From Mobula hypostoma (Eukaryota), in NCBI RefSeq assembly GCF_963921235.1, contig NC_086119.1, forward strand, positions 13,826,001 through 13,890,000: a DNA stretch of 64,000 bases. The letters run 5' to 3'. Below, one piece after another: positions 25,840-39,809 of the stretch (within the stretch, counting starts at the first letter, position 1; each line of letters starts with the position of its first letter). The position numbers and the translations under genes were made by a program. The notes below the pieces were generated by a model, which saw only the letters and a program-made list of their open reading frames with translations, made no database searches and was not told the origin of the DNA.

Positions 25840-26754
25840 CTACAAAAAATAACACGTCCTCTGTTACACATTTCACCCAGGAGATAAAAGTAACAATAGT
25901 TTATTTGTAACACACTTGCTTATAGATTGTTCAGGGGAAAAAACATGTCACAATGTCTATTTGTAAGTTGATTCCACAGATGTAAAATGGTCTTGCACGG
26001 AACATTGCTCATGACAGCTTGAGGAAATAAAGTAAAAAAAAAACCTGACAATATGGACCATTTTCCCTAAAGTCTCTTATCCAGCATACTTATAGATGAT
26101 TGGAGCATCATTAAGTATTACTACAATCTTAAAACGTGCATGATACCTCTTGCTGAATTGTATAGCCAGCATCTAGAATGACCCTAGAAACTGGCCAACT
26201 TGTTTCATTCAATCACAAATAAACAGTAATGAAATCATGGAATAAGTTGCTCCTCAAAAATAAAAAGGAACCAAGAGAATTGCTCAATAAAGCTACCTTT
26301 CAGTACGTGTCTTGAAGTGGTTTTCATTCAACTAAACCCCACAATCACATGCATTTACCTACTGCACCCCTTATCATTTAGAGTGAAATTTACTGTTCCT
26401 ATGCTAAAATTTCTCTATTAGGAACCTCTTCCTATTTCTACATTCATGTTAAATGCTGCAACCTTTCAAGAACTTCCTCTTCTTCCTCTAACTAATAATT
26501 TTTTATCTGCTAACTAGAACTCTGGTTCACAAATTCTCTTTTTTTTCCAAAATATATGCTTTATATTTACTGAAACAGCAATTTCAAAATGCACTGTATG
26601 TAAAACCTTTGTGCCGGTGGAATCGCACTGCAGTTTTAGAAAAGAATTTTCCATTGAAGTAGTTGATCGCCCATCCTATTGCCTGAACTAGGGTCAGTGT
26701 CACTTTGTAATTGTAGATCACTTTTAAAGGCACTATATAGAGTATTTGGGTGAC

Positions 26755-27110
26755 GGGGTGCAGATACGTCTCTACCAAAGGAGGCGTAAGGTGTAATTCC
26801 CTCCACTAATCTTGCAGGTCACCCTCGGACAAGATGTACCAATTACTTAGCTCCCTGATCAGGGTCATGGGAAGTCATGGCAACAGGTGGTGGATGAGCA
26901 GCTGGTGTACATCTTGGTTATGCGACCACTGACGCCAGGCAGACAATCTCAGAAGAGTGTTGATAATGGCTGGAGTCATCCGTCTTGTAAAGACACTGCC
27001 TGAAGGCGGCAATGGCAAACCACTTCTGTAGAAAAATTTGCCCAGAACATGCCCATGGAAATACCATAATCGCCCACGTCATACGACATGGCACATAACC
27101 AACAAACAAC
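26755..27110 (+). mobile_element. RTE-tail SINE
   Basis: Ends in gcaatggcaaaccacttctgtag...ccatgg...acgacatggcacataac; homologous to the pieces at 2955-3915. Confidence 0.6.
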
Positions 27111-27174
27111 ATAGAGTGAAGCACCAATTGAAGAAAATAACTATTTTCACTGAAAATAACTAGCTATCTTATTT

Positions 27175-29742
27175 TTTTCAGATTTATAAAGAGTAAAAGA
27201 GAGGTAAGAATGGATATCGGACTGCTGGAAAATGACGCTGGAGAGATTGTAATGGGGAACAAGGAAATGGTGGACGAACTTAATAAGTATTTTGTGTCAG
27301 TCTTCACTGTGGAAGACACCAGTAGAATGCCAGAAATTCAAAAGTGTCAGAGGACAAAAGTGAGTGTAGTTGCTATTACTAAGGAGAAGGTTCTTGGGAA
27401 GCTGAAAGAGGTAGCTGAAGAGATAGTGGAGGCGTTAGTAATGATCTTTCAAGAATCACTAGATTCTGGAATAGTTCCAGAGGACTGGAAAATTGCAAAT
27501 GTCACTTCACTATTTAAGAAGGGAGGGTTGGAAAGATGTTGGACTCTATTATTAAGGATGTGGTTTCAGGGTACTTGGAGGCACATGATAAAATAGGCCA
27601 AAGTCACCATGGAAATCTGTTGAAATTCTTTTAAGGAACTAAAAGGCAGGATAGACAAAGGAGAGTCAGTGGATGTTGCTTACTTGGATTTTCAGAAGGC
27701 CTTTGACAAAGTGCCACACATGAGGCTACTTAACACGATAAGAGCCTATAACCATATAACAATTACAGCATGGAAACAGGCCATCTCAGCCCTTCCAGTC
27801 CGTGCCGAACTCTTACTCTCACCTAGTCCCACGGACCTGCACTCAGCCCATAACCCTCCATTCCTTTCCTGTCCATATAGCTGTCCAATTTTACTTTAAA
27901 CGACAACATCGAACCTGCCTCAACCACTTCTGCTGGAAGCTCGTTCCACACAGCTACCACTCTCTGAGTAAAGAAGTTCCCCCTCATGTTACCCCTAAAC
28001 TTTTGCCCTTTAACTCTCAACTCATGTCCTCTTGTTTGAATCTCCCCCAGTCTCAATGGAAAAAGCCTATCCACGTCAACTCTATCTATCCCCCTCACAA
28101 TTTTAAATACCTCTATCAAGTCCCCCCTCAACCCTCTACGTTCCAAAGACTAAAGACCCAACCCGCTCAACCTTTCTCTGTAACCCAGGTGATGAAACCC
28201 AGGTAACATTCTAGTAAATCTTCTCTGAACTCTCCCCATTCCATTGACATCCTTCCTATAATAAGGTGACCAAAACTGCACACAATACTACAAATTTGGC
28301 CCCACCAATGCCCTGTACAATTTCAACATTACATCCCAACTCCTATACTCAATGCTCTGATTTATAAAGGCCAGCATACCAAAAGCTTTCTTCACCACCC
28401 TATCCACATGAGATTCCACCTTCAGGGAACTATGCACCATCATTTCTAGATCCCTCTGTTCTATTGCATTCTTCAATGCCCTGCCATTTACCATGTATGT
28501 CCTATTTTGATCCCAGATGCTTGTGGACCTGGAAAAGTCCAGGTGATAACACTAGAAATCAAATTGACTTTATTACTATAAACCAAAGATTTAGAAATTC
28601 AGTGACTCAATGCAAAACATATCCAGGTGCAAACTGTAAAAGTGACCATAACCCAGTAGTATGTCACGTAAAAGTAAAACTTAAAAAACTAAAGAAGCAA
28701 ATACCTGAACAATTCCTTGACTACTTGCAATTAAAGACTTAAGACAGAAATTTACAATTGAAGTAAGGAATAGATTTCAAAGTCTAGGAATAGAATCTGT
28801 TGAAGATAATAGCAATAGTATTACAGGAAAGATACTAGCATAGAAAGAAGATTGGCTATCTGTCACAAGACAGAGTGGGAATAAAGGGAGCCCATCCTGG
28901 TTTGGCTGCAGTGATTAGCAGTGTCCCACGGGCAGCGGTGTTGGGACAGCTTCTTTTCACATTACACGTCAATGAAGGCTTTGCGGCCACATTTGCAGAC
29001 GATCAAAGATAGGTGGAGGGGAAGGTAGTGTTGAGGAAGCAGGGAGTCTGCAGAAGGATTTAGATTGTGAGAATGGGCAAAGAAGTGGCCAATGGAACTT
29101 AACGTAGGTAAGGTATGGTCATGCACTTTGGTAGAAGGAATAAAGGTATAGACTATTTTCTAAACAGGGAAAAAATTCAAATATCAGAGGTTCAAAGGGA
29201 CTTGGGAGTCCTTGTGCAGGAAACTGTGAGCCGTTTTGGGATCCTTACCCAATAGGTGTGCTACGTATTTAAATGTGTTCCGAAGCGGTTCCTGAAAATG
29301 ATTCCAGGAATGAAAGAATTAGCATATAAGGAGAACTTGATGGCTCTGCGCCTGTACTCACTTGAATTTAGAAGAACGAAAGAGGATCTCATTGAAACAT
29401 CGAAAATTGAAAGGCCTAGATAGAGTTGATGTGGAGAAGGTGTTTCCTATAGCGGGGGAGTCTATGACCAGAGGGCACAGCCTCAGAATAGAGATAAGGA
29501 GGAATTGTTTTAACCAAAGAATAGTGAATCTGTGGTATTCATTGCCACAGGCCTCTGTGGAGGCCATCTCATTGAATATATTTAAGGCGGAGGTTGATAG
29601 GTTCCTGATTAGTCAGGGCATCAAAGGTTATGGGGAAAGGCAGGAGAACGGGGTTGAGAGGGAGAATACATCAGCCATGGTGGATGGTGGAGCAAATTCG
29701 ATGGACCGAATGGCCTAATTCAGTTCCTATGTCTTATGGTCA
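27175..29742 (+). mobile_element. CR1 LINE interrupted at 27750-28816 by a minus-strand CR1 3' end and an RTE endonuclease fragment
   Basis: Host reads ...VPHMRLLNTIRAY | insertion | ITGKILA...; inner CR1 27750-28509(-); RTE APE motif WTWKSPG..RNQIDFI...SDHNPV at 28510-28815. Confidence 0.85.
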
Positions 29743-29789
29743 AAAAGTTGGGATCTAGTTTGCCTCTTTAAAAGAGGATTATGAAAACT

Positions 29790-30125
29790 GGAATTCTTAC
29801 CCATTCTCTTTTCCTCACCTCCCTTTGCTGCCCATCAACCTTCCCTTTCTCCCACAGTCCACTCTCTTCTCCTATCAGATTCCTTCTTCTTCATTTCTTT
29901 ACCTTTTCCACCTATCACCTCCCAGCTTCTCACTTCATCTCCCCTGCCCCATCCATCTTCTCCCCCCCTCACCTGGTCTCACCTATCACTTTCTAGTTTC
30001 TACTCCTTCCCCTCCTCCACCACCTTAATCTGGTTTCCACGTCCTTCCTTTCCAGTCCTGATGAAGGGTCTCAGCCCAAAATGTCGGCTCTTTATTCCTG
30101 ATTCCTCCAGAATTTTGTGTCTATT
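29790..30125 (+). mobile_element. Old PLE 3' region with decayed hammerhead (30053-30090)
   Basis: cagtcctgatgaagggtctcagcccaaaatgtcggct. Confidence 0.65.
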
Positions 30126-30139
30126 ATGAAAACTAATGG

Positions 30140-30580
30140 ACTGCAAAAGAACTAAGGTTAAGAACCAAATTGAGAATCTTCAACTCAAATGTCAAATCTG
30201 TCCTCCTGTATGGCTCTGAAACTTGCAGACTGACATCAGAAAAATCCAGACCTTCATCAACAAATGCTTGCGTCAGATTTTGGGGCTAACATGGACAGGT
30301 TATGTGAACAATACAGAATTATGGCAAAGGACCAACCAGACACCAATTGAGGCAGAGAAGCCCCTGAATAGTATCACCAGACAAGCTCTCATGTGGAATC
30401 CTCAGGGCAAGCGTAATCGAGGTAAGCCCAAGTCCACATGGAAGAGGGAAGTGTTAACCGACGCCAGGAAAGTGGAAATGACATGGTCACAGCTGGAGAG
30501 ATATGCACAAGACAGGTTGATTTGGAAAGAGGTTGTTGATGGCCACTGCTCACTAGTGAGTTGAAAGGCAGAAGAGAGAG
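30140..30580 (+). mobile_element. RTE-clade LINE 3' fragment
   Basis: LRIFNSNVKSVLLYGSET, IQTFINKCLRQIL and WNPQGKRNRGKPKSTW motifs. Confidence 0.8.
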
Positions 30581-31075
30581 ATGAAAACTGGAATTGTTAA
30601 CAACAAAATGATAATCAGTTCTAAATTCAAAAAGCCAAGAGAATCAACGCAGTTCACTACAACCCTTCACAGCCAGTCAGACTGAAGGAAATAACAAACA
30701 AAAGCTCTGTGGAAGTTACAACCCCGACCTGCTTTTGGCACTTTTCAGCAATCGACTTGAGAGGTAGTCTGAGCAACTAAAAGTGTGTCTCTGAACTCTG
30801 CAAATCATACAGATATCTTAAAAACAGATTGCTCTAAACAATATGACTGGTGACAGATTCTTTGTCCTAGCAGAAGGCAGGAATACAGTATGCTCCTGTG
30901 GCCTGTAGCTCATCTTTCATGCTGTTTCTGATTGAGTTATGACACAACGAAGACTTTTAGTTTAATTCCCTGTTTCCTTAGATGACAACACAATGACAAA
31001 ATGAAAGATTAATCATAATTATTGCTGGTATGTAATCGGAGTACAAATCGCAGGAAGATATTTTACATTTAACTC

Positions 31076-31800
31076 TTGGCAGTGTGGAGGATCAGAGGGA
31101 TCTTGGGTTCGAGTCCACAGGACACTCAAAGCTGTTGCGCAGATTGACTCTGTGGTTTAGAAAGCATACAGTGCATTGGCCTTCATCAACTGTGGGACTG
31201 AGTTTAAGAGCCGAGATGTAATGTTGCAGCTATATTGGGCCCTGGTCAGACCCCACTTGGAGTACTGTGCTCAGTTCTGGTCGCCTCACTACAGGAAGGA
31301 TGTGGAAACCATAGAAAGGGTGCACAGGAGATTTACAAGGACATTGCCTGGATTGGGGAGCATACCTTATGAGAATAAGTTGAGTGAATTCGGTCTTTTT
31401 TCCTTGGAGCGACAGAGGATGAGGGGTGACCAGATAGAGTTGTATAAGATGATGAGAGGCATTGATCATGTGGATAGTCAGAGGCTTTTTCCCAGGGCTG
31501 AAATGGCTAGCATGAGAGGGCACAGTTTCAAGGTGCTTGGAAGCAGGTACAGAGGAGATGTCAGGGGCAGGTTTTTTTACGCAGAGTGATGAGTGAGTGG
31601 AATGGGCTGCCGGCGACGGTGGTGGAGGTGGATACGATAGGGTCTTTTAAGAGACTCTTGGACAGGTACATGGAGCTCGGTAAAATAGAGGGCTATGGGT
31701 AACCCTAGGTAATTTCTAAGGTAAGGACATGTTCGGCACAGCTTTGTGGGCCGAAGGGCCTGTATGGTGCTGTAGTTTTTCTATGTTTTTATGTTTTTAA
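31076..31800 (+). mobile_element. CR1 LINE 3' portion
   Basis: LVRPHLEYCAQFWSPHYRKDV; terminal gggccgaagggcctgt...ttctatgtt. Confidence 0.88.
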
Positions 31801-31886
31801 CAGCATCAGGGCAATAGCTAGATGTAAGACACTGCAATATCAGTCAATTCTCTTTTAGTAACAACAAATGTAAAATTTTAACAAAC

Positions 31887-31990
31887 CTTTCAAGTTGCAT
31901 TTTCTTTTCAGCTATTAGAGCTTGGAGCTGCTGCTGTTGTGCTTCCCTTTGCTTAGCAACTGATTTCAGAAGGTTTCTGGCCCCTATGGC
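31887..31990 (-). CDS. IFT20: IFT20 coding exon 3
   Basis: Not in the ORF track, read by hand: acceptor ctgtcaacag; [34 protein letters not shown]+AG (104 nt); donor gtttgt. Confidence 0.96.
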
Positions 31991-33293
31991 CTGTTGACAG
32001 CAAGAAAGTTAATCAACCAGTAATTTTTACAAACATACAAATTAAGAACATAAGTTGATGCAGGACACTCCACTCCTTAAGCCTTCTCTCACTATCTAAG
32101 ATCATGGTTGATCAGATTGTAACTGCAACCTCACCTTCTCATCTACCCAAGATAAATTGCTTATCATCTGTCTACCTGTCTTATAAACTGATCCTACGGC
32201 CCTTGCAATCCAAAGACTCACACTCTCAGACAAATGTTTGCCTCACCTACAGGTTAAATGGAAAACCTCTTATTTTTAAATAACAATGCCTAGTTCTGGA
32301 GTCTCCAATATATAAAAAAAACAATTATCTCCACATTGACACCATCAAGACCGTTCAGGATCATAGAATTTAAATCCCCTCTCACGCTTGTAAGCTACAG
32401 TAATTCCTAGTTGGTCCAAATTTTATTGAGGCAACTCACCAATTCCGGGTATCAGTCTGGGAAACCTCCTTTGAATTGCCTATAATGCATTCACATCCTT
32501 TCTTAAATGAGATTTATGTTATACACTGTACTCTACATGGTTTCACCTATGCCCTGTATAAATGAAATATAGAGTCCCTATTTTTGTATTCACTTTCTGT
32601 AGCGTTAGGCAACATCACTGATCGATTTCCTAATTACTTGCTGTGTCTGCAACCTAGCCTTTTGTGAATCAATCACACCCAGATCCCTCGGACCCTCCCA
32701 CCTGCAATTTCATTATTTAGATAAAATCTCTTTGTACTTCTCCTGACAAAATTTTGATTTCACCTTTTTCCTACATTTTACTTGATTTGTCAGAATTCTT
32801 GCCCAACCATCTACATCCCAATGCAGCCTCCTTATGTCCTCGTCACAACTTTCCCATCCTTGAGTCATTGGCAAATCCTCTTCCTCGCCACTTCGCAATA
32901 AGCAATGTTTTATTCTCCAGCCAGTGTGGCTGGTTCAACCTGGAAGTGTATGGATTGACATGATCTTACTTATTAAGAATTATACACCTTAAGATAACAG
33001 TTACAACTTCTATCAGAGAGAAAACTACCCTGCAATCTACATTTTCAGTCACTGTCACAAAGCACCACTTATTGCAAATTCCATCAGACTCTATTTGCTG
33101 AATGCATCAAATGGAAGCTCGCACATTGTAATGCTGGATTTAATTACCATATGATGACTTCCCTGCTGGCAGACAATTTTGAGTTTCATAAGGATGAAAA
33201 TTTAACAAGCTGACTTAGTAAAAGAATTAACAATGCCATATTTTTTCTTCCCATTGTCAAAAACATACAAATAAAAGTATTTAGAAACATTAC

Positions 33294-33379
33294 CTTCATC
33301 TTTTCGTTCTCAGCTTCCTTTGCAAGTTGATCAACGATCTCAATTAACCCACCAACAATCTTCTGGAACTGGGCTATTT
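33294..33379 (-). CDS. IFT20: IFT20 coding exon 2
   Basis: Acceptor tttttttcag; (K)[28 protein letters not shown], 86 nt; donor gtaatg. Confidence 0.96.
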
Positions 33380-34623
33380 CTGAAAAAAAAATTAAAAGAT
33401 TTGATGCAAAAGTAAACATTATAAGTTGCACGTACTTTCCACAATTATGTTGCAGTCTACTTGCTCATGCTGGAATTGTTTGCACAAGTCCTCTAATCAG
33501 TTCTACATCCAGACCACAGTACAAAACTTCCCTTAACAAAATCATTAACAAGAATTTCATGACACTATGATAAACGTAATCCATCACCTCACCGTTCTCA
33601 GCTTGGTTGCAGCCTTTTACGTGACTGACCACAAATCTTCCTCCAATGCACCTGGATATCATATTTGACTGGTTTTGTCATTATACATCCAATTATAGCC
33701 AAGGAATGACAGATATATATCTATTTGTACCCATATATTACTTTTGCTGAAGAATGGGCAACGTCCTACAGCCCACTCACATTCTTCCATGACAACATTC
33801 CAAAACACAGTCCACATTTCTACCCTGATGTCATCCAGCTATACCTCATCCTCACCTCACTTGTTCCCTCCATTCTTTACAAACCATTAGTTAGCTTGTC
33901 TCATTTCCACAGTCAATAAGCTATAGTTTCCTTCCACATCAAGCATCGAGATATTGTTTTGGTCACTGACACAAGCTTTATTCCCTGGCATCGAATTTCC
34001 TCCCTTTTCAGGTAGCTATCTGAAACTGAACAGACCATTTGCAGCCTTGGTATCATTTTTGGCCCATTTGTGGCTTTTGCCTTGAATGCAATTGATTCAC
34101 CTCATCCTAACTTGGACAGCACAGCAGCATAGTGGCTACCATAACACTTTACAGCACCAGCAACCAGGGTTCAATTCCCGCTGCTGTCTGTAAGGAGTTT
34201 GTATGTTCTCCCCATGACTGCATGGATTTCCTCTGGGTGCTCTGGTTTCCTCCCACATTCCAAAGATATGTGGGTTAGGGTTAGTAAATTGTGGGTACAC
34301 TACGCTGGCGCCAGAAGTGTGCCAACTTTGCAGGCTTCCTCCGCCATTCTCGGGCTGTGTTGGTAGTTGAGGCAGACAATACATTTCTCTGGACGTTTCT
34401 AGTAACAAAGCTAATCTAATCTAAAATAATAACCTTTTGGAATCACTTTCCAATGCTAGGCCAGTTTCCCTCCCCCCCACCCCACCTTTAAGACAAACCT
34501 TTAAAACCTACATCATTGACCAATCTAACAACAGGGATTCTGCAGATGCTGGAAATTCAAGCAACACACATAAAAGTTGCTGGTGAACGCAGCAGGCCAG
34601 GCAGCATCTCTAGGAAGAGGTGC

Positions 34624-34659
34624 AGTCGACGTTTCAGGCCGAGACCCTTCGTCAGGACT
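34624..34659 (-). ncRNA. Minimal hammerhead ribozyme (sense to IFT20)
   Basis: Reverse complement identical to 2375-2410. Confidence 0.78.
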
Positions 34660-35306
34660 AACTGAAGGAAGAGTGAGTAAGGGATTTGAAAGTTGGAGGG
34701 GGAGGGGGAGATCCAAAATGATAGGAGAAGACAGGAGGGGGAGGGATGGAGTCAAGAGCTGGACAGGTGATAGGCAAAAGGGATACGAGAGGATCATGGG
34801 ACAGGAGGTCCGGGAAGAAAGACAGGGGGGTGGGGGAAACCCAGAGGATGGGCAAGGGGTATATTCAGAGGGACAGAGGGAGAAAAAGGAGAGTGAGAGA
34901 AAGAATGTGTGTATAAAAATAAGTAACAGATGGGGTATGAGGGGGAGGTGGGGCATTAGCGGAAGTTAGAGCCTCCAACCTGATGGCATGAACATCGACT
35001 TCTCTAACTTCCGCTAAGGCCCCACCTCCCCCTCGTACCCCATCTGTTACTCATTTTTATGCACACATTCTTTCCCTCACTCTCCTTTTTCTCCCTCTGT
35101 CCCTCTGAATATACCTCTTGCACATCCTCTGGGTCCCCCCCCCCCTTGTCTTTGTTCCCGGACCTCCTGTCCCATGATCCTCTTGTATCCCCTTTTGCCT
35201 ATCACCCGTCCAGCTCTTGGCTCTATCCCTCCCCCTCCTGTCTTCTCCTATCATTTTGGATCTCCCCCTCCAACTTTCAAATCCCTTACTCACTCTTCCT
35301 TCAGTT

Positions 35307-35342
35307 AGTGCTGACGAAGGGTCTCGGCCTGAAACGTCGACT
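35307..35342 (+). ncRNA. Minimal hammerhead with a helix I mismatch
   Basis: AGTG instead of AGTC before CTGACGA; core otherwise intact. Confidence 0.6.
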
Positions 35343-35839
35343 GCACCTCTTCCTAGAGATGCTGCCTGGCTTGCTGCGTTCACCAGCAACTTTTATGTGT
35401 GTTCATTGACCAATCTTTTGGTTTTCTACCCCAATTTCCCGTTGTGTCTAGATATCAATTTTTGTTTATAAGCACATCAATGAAATGGCTTGGGATGTCA
35501 CATTAAAAATGCTACTGAAATTGTAAAGCAAAAATCTGCTGATGCTGGAATCTGAATTCAAAACAGAAAGATTGAGATAGTCAGTACATCAGTGTACCTG
35601 TGGAGAGAAACAATTAACATCTGGTGAAAGGCCATCAACATGAAGTATTTATTCTCTCTCTTCCTGTACCCTCACATACATTACATAATCTATTAAGCAT
35701 CACCAGTATTTTCTGTTACCACAGTAATAAAAGTTTTTGCATAATGTTTAGGATAACTCTTTTACCTGTTATCTTCAATTATTTTTAATCGTATCTATAC
35801 CATCAAACATCTGGATACTAATACCGTATCCAAATTATC

Positions 35840-37506
35840 AGGCCATCTGGCTCATCGAGACTGCTCTGCCATTCAATCATGGCTGATCCTTTTTTTAAAT
35901 CTCCTCCTCAACCCCAGTTCCTGGCCTTCTCCCCGTAACCTTTGATGCCATGTCCAATCAAGAACTATCAATCTCTGCCTTAAATACACCCAACGACCTG
36001 GCCTCCACAGCTGCACGTGGTAACAAATTCACCACCCTTTGACTAAAGGAATTTCTCCCCATCTCAGTTTTGAATGGGTGCCCCTCTATTCTGAGGCTGT
36101 GCCCTCTAGTCCTAGACTCTCCCAGCATGGGAAACATCCTTTCCACATCTACACTGTCTAGGCCTTTCCACATTCTAAAGGTTTCAATGAGATCCCCCCT
36201 CATCCTTCTGAATTCCAGCGAGTACAGACCCAGAGCCATAAAACATTCCTTGCATGATAACCCTTTCATTCCTGGAATCATTCTTGTGAACTTCCTCCAG
36301 ACCCTCTCCAATGCCAGCACATCTTTTCTAAGATGAGGGGCCCAAAACTGTTCACAATACTCAAGGTGAGGCCTCACCAGTGCCTTATAAAACCTCAGCA
36401 TCACATCTTTGCTCTTGTATTGTAGACCTCTTGAAATGAATACTAACATGGCATTTGCCTTCATCACCACTGACTCAACCTCAAATTAACTTTCAGGGTG
36501 TTCTGCACAAGGACTCCTAAATCCCTCTAATTTCAGATTCCTGGATTTTCTCCCCGTTTAGATAGAAAATAGTCCGTACATTCATTTCTACTATAAAAGT
36601 GCATTACCATGCATTTTCCAACTCTGTATTTCATTTGCCACTTTCTTGCCCATTCTCCTAATCTGTCCAAGTCCTTTTGCATCCTACCTGTTTCCTCAAC
36701 ACTACCTGCCCCTCCAACAATCTTTGTATAATCTGCAAACTTGGCAACAAAGCCATCTATTCCATCATCTCAATCGTTTATATACAGCATAAAAAGAAGC
36801 GGTCCCAACACCGACCCCTGCGGAACACCACTAGTCACTGGCAGCCAACCAGAAAAGGATCCTTTTATTCCCACTCGCTGCCTCCTACCAATCAGCCAAT
36901 GCTCTAACCATGTTAGTAACTTTCCTGAAATACCATGGGCTCTTAACTTGGTAAGCAGCCTCATATGTGGCACCTTGTCAAAGGCCTTCTGAAAGTCCAA
37001 ATATACAACATCCACTGCATCCCCTTTATCTATCCTACTTGTAATCTCCTCAAAGAATTCCAACAGGTTTGTCAGGCAGGATTTTCCCTGAAGGAAACCA
37101 TGCTGACTTTGCACTACCTTGTCCTGTGTCACCAAGTACTCCATTACCTCATCCTTAACAACTGACTCTAACATCTTCCCAACCACTGACATCAGGCTAA
37201 CTGGTCTATAATTTCCTTTCTACTGTGTTTCTCCTTTCTTAAAGAGTGGAGTGACATTTGGAATTTTCCAGTCCTCTGGCACCATGCCAGAGTCCAATGA
37301 TTTTTGAAAGATCATTTCTAATGCCACCACAATCTCTAACACTACCTCTTTCAGAACCCTAGGGTGCAGTTCCTCTGGTCCAGGTGATTTATGCACCTTT
37401 AGGTCTTTCAGCTTTTTGAGCACCTTCTCTCTTGTAACAGTAACTGCACCCACATTTCTTCCTTCACACACTACAACATCAGGCATACTGCTAGTGTCTT
37501 CCACAG
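35840..37506 (-). mobile_element. CR1 LINE (RT to 3' end)
   Basis: ORFs 37220-37504, 36770-37192 and 35958-36470 with KSPGP, VPEDWK, YLDFQKAFDKV, GVPQGSVLGP, RPHLEYC. Confidence 0.92.
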
Positions 37507-39809
37507 TGATTATGGTCGACTAATAAATTATCGTGATTTGGTTTTATATATAGTGTTTTAATCGAATTCTTTAGTTGGAATCAAAGACAATAATAATCTA
37601 ATCTGAGACGACCGTCTAATATTACCATTCTATAATCTAAATTCTTGTGTACTTTAAAATCTACAAGAAACTTACTCAAAATGTCAAGTATAATTGTATG
37701 CAATTCATCACACATCCTTTTCATCAGTACTTCAGAATTAAGCAGCTAAGTAATTGGGATTTTTTTTAATTGTACTGTTAATGATACCTTAGTACTGAAT
37801 CCTTGATAAGTTACAGCAGGAAAAAAAGAATTACCATTTCTTAAGAGTGACATTCCAAAAAAATTGAATTCAGTTTCTGAAAGATTTTGGAGCCTCCCTT
37901 CCTGTTTAGTGTAGACTTGCAATTTTTTTCAAACCACATACAAAAAGTTAATTTTTCACCTTATAGAGATATGTAGAGAGATCCTTTTAGGGACAAGTCT
38001 AACACCTGCTGAGACCTTATAAAGGTTTACGTTGTGGTTGTCTAGATGCCACCCCATACAATCAAACCACATCCTTCCTATATTGTACTACTGTTACTGA
38101 AGCGAGTGAAACACAAAGGATGTGGTTGATTCTCAACCTGAGTTTGTGCAGTTGATCTTAAAAGTTAACTTTAAAATATGGAAAACCCAAATTTCATTAG
38201 GAATACATACAAAGATTTACTTCTAATACATTGAAAATATTTGTGGAGCAAGTAGCAATTTTACTGAACATGAATTATTACTGAAGTCACAAAGGTTTTA
38301 GAGATATACATTTCTAAATCTATCAGATCCCCTGCACTCCTTTTATTAAAAATCTATTGTTTACACAGTTAGTTTAAATGGACCGATCATAATCCACAGT
38401 GTTATAAATGCAGATTTATTCCCCATTTTCTTTTTTTTATTATTTCAATTACAACCGTGAACTCTTGTTTGTCTCCTCTTGCTTAATTGATTTCATTCAT
38501 TTTAGAAGGTGTAAAAATAAGTCTATCTCCAAACCTAGTCGAATTCCATTTTGTATGGAACTTTGTCATCTTGATTGATGATTAAAATAGCAGAAGGCTG
38601 CTTTTGAAAGTTTGTCAGGATGAGACAGTCAGCGCTGGGTAAACTTTATAAATCAGCACCACAGTAGTGTCCAGGTTAGTGCGATGCTATTACAGTTCAA
38701 GGCATTGGAGTACCATTCCAGCCCCTCTGTAAGCAAGTTCGTACGTTCCTTCCCGTGTGCGGGATTTCCTTCGATGCTCCAGTTTCCTCCCAGTCCTAAG
38801 ATGTATTGGTTGTAGGTTAATTGGTCATTGTAAAAAATTGTCCTGTGATTAGGCTACAGTTAGTTAGGCTGCTGGGAGGTGTGGTTCGGTGGGCCAGGAG
38901 AGCCTGTTCCACACTGTACCTCTAAGTAAAAGAAAAATAAAATGTGGGAAACAGCCGATTAACTTCCTTGGAGAGGGTAGATCAGAGGAAAAGGTGTAAA
39001 GGTATCGATAACTCTACTATTCTACAATTTACAGAAGCTCAACATCATTGAAAATGTCACCTACATGTTATTCCACACAGCAGTCCAAACACTTTAATAA
39101 CTTTCTCCACTAGGTCTCTGTTAACAATGTTTTAAAACTCCTTAACCGCAGACATTTCTTCAAAATCCCTATGTTGTAGCTGAAAGGGTAGAATATTTGA
39201 GCTTAGTCCCAAAGTGAACCTTTTTTCTTAATTAATGACTGTTTAGGAACTCTAGATTCTTCTGAGATCAGCTTATTTCAACTTCTTCACTGCAACCAAC
39301 TGCTATGTATTCAGCCACATGGGCTTCTAATTATCACACCTCTTGCAACCTTTCATAAAATCTACCTGTATGACCAGGCTTTTATTAACCCATATTACCT
39401 CATCCTTGGCTCAGCGCCATATTTTGTCTGCATATGACTGAGAAATATGACAAGATTACCGCAGTAAAAATTCCATCATGCATACTAATTGAGATAACAA
39501 AAGATAAGAGGAGCCTCACAGAAAGGAGCTGGAAGAAGTCGGTGAGCCAGGCAGCATCTATGAAGGGAAATGGTTAGTCAGCTCTTCATCAGGACTTTTG
39601 TGAAATGCTGCCTGGCTTGCTGAGTTCTTCCAGCACCTTCGTGTGTTGCTCCATATTTTCAGCATCTCCAGTCTAGTGTGTCTCCAAAGGATAATAAGGT
39701 AGTATTTCTCTATGAGGATTCTCTGAGAATCCTCATACTGCTGCTGTATGAGGAGAGTATCTCTCTCTGCTACAATCCTTTTACAACACTGAAGTTAGCA
39801 ATTGAGTGA

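Larger units (their letters stand above)
34527..35402. mobile_element. Young fold-back (palindromic) PLE insertion in IFT20 intron 1
   Basis: Minus arm 34527-34970 with complete terminus, plus arm 34971-35402 truncated; 14-bp TSD tcattgaccaatct (34513-34526 / 35403-35416). Confidence 0.93.
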
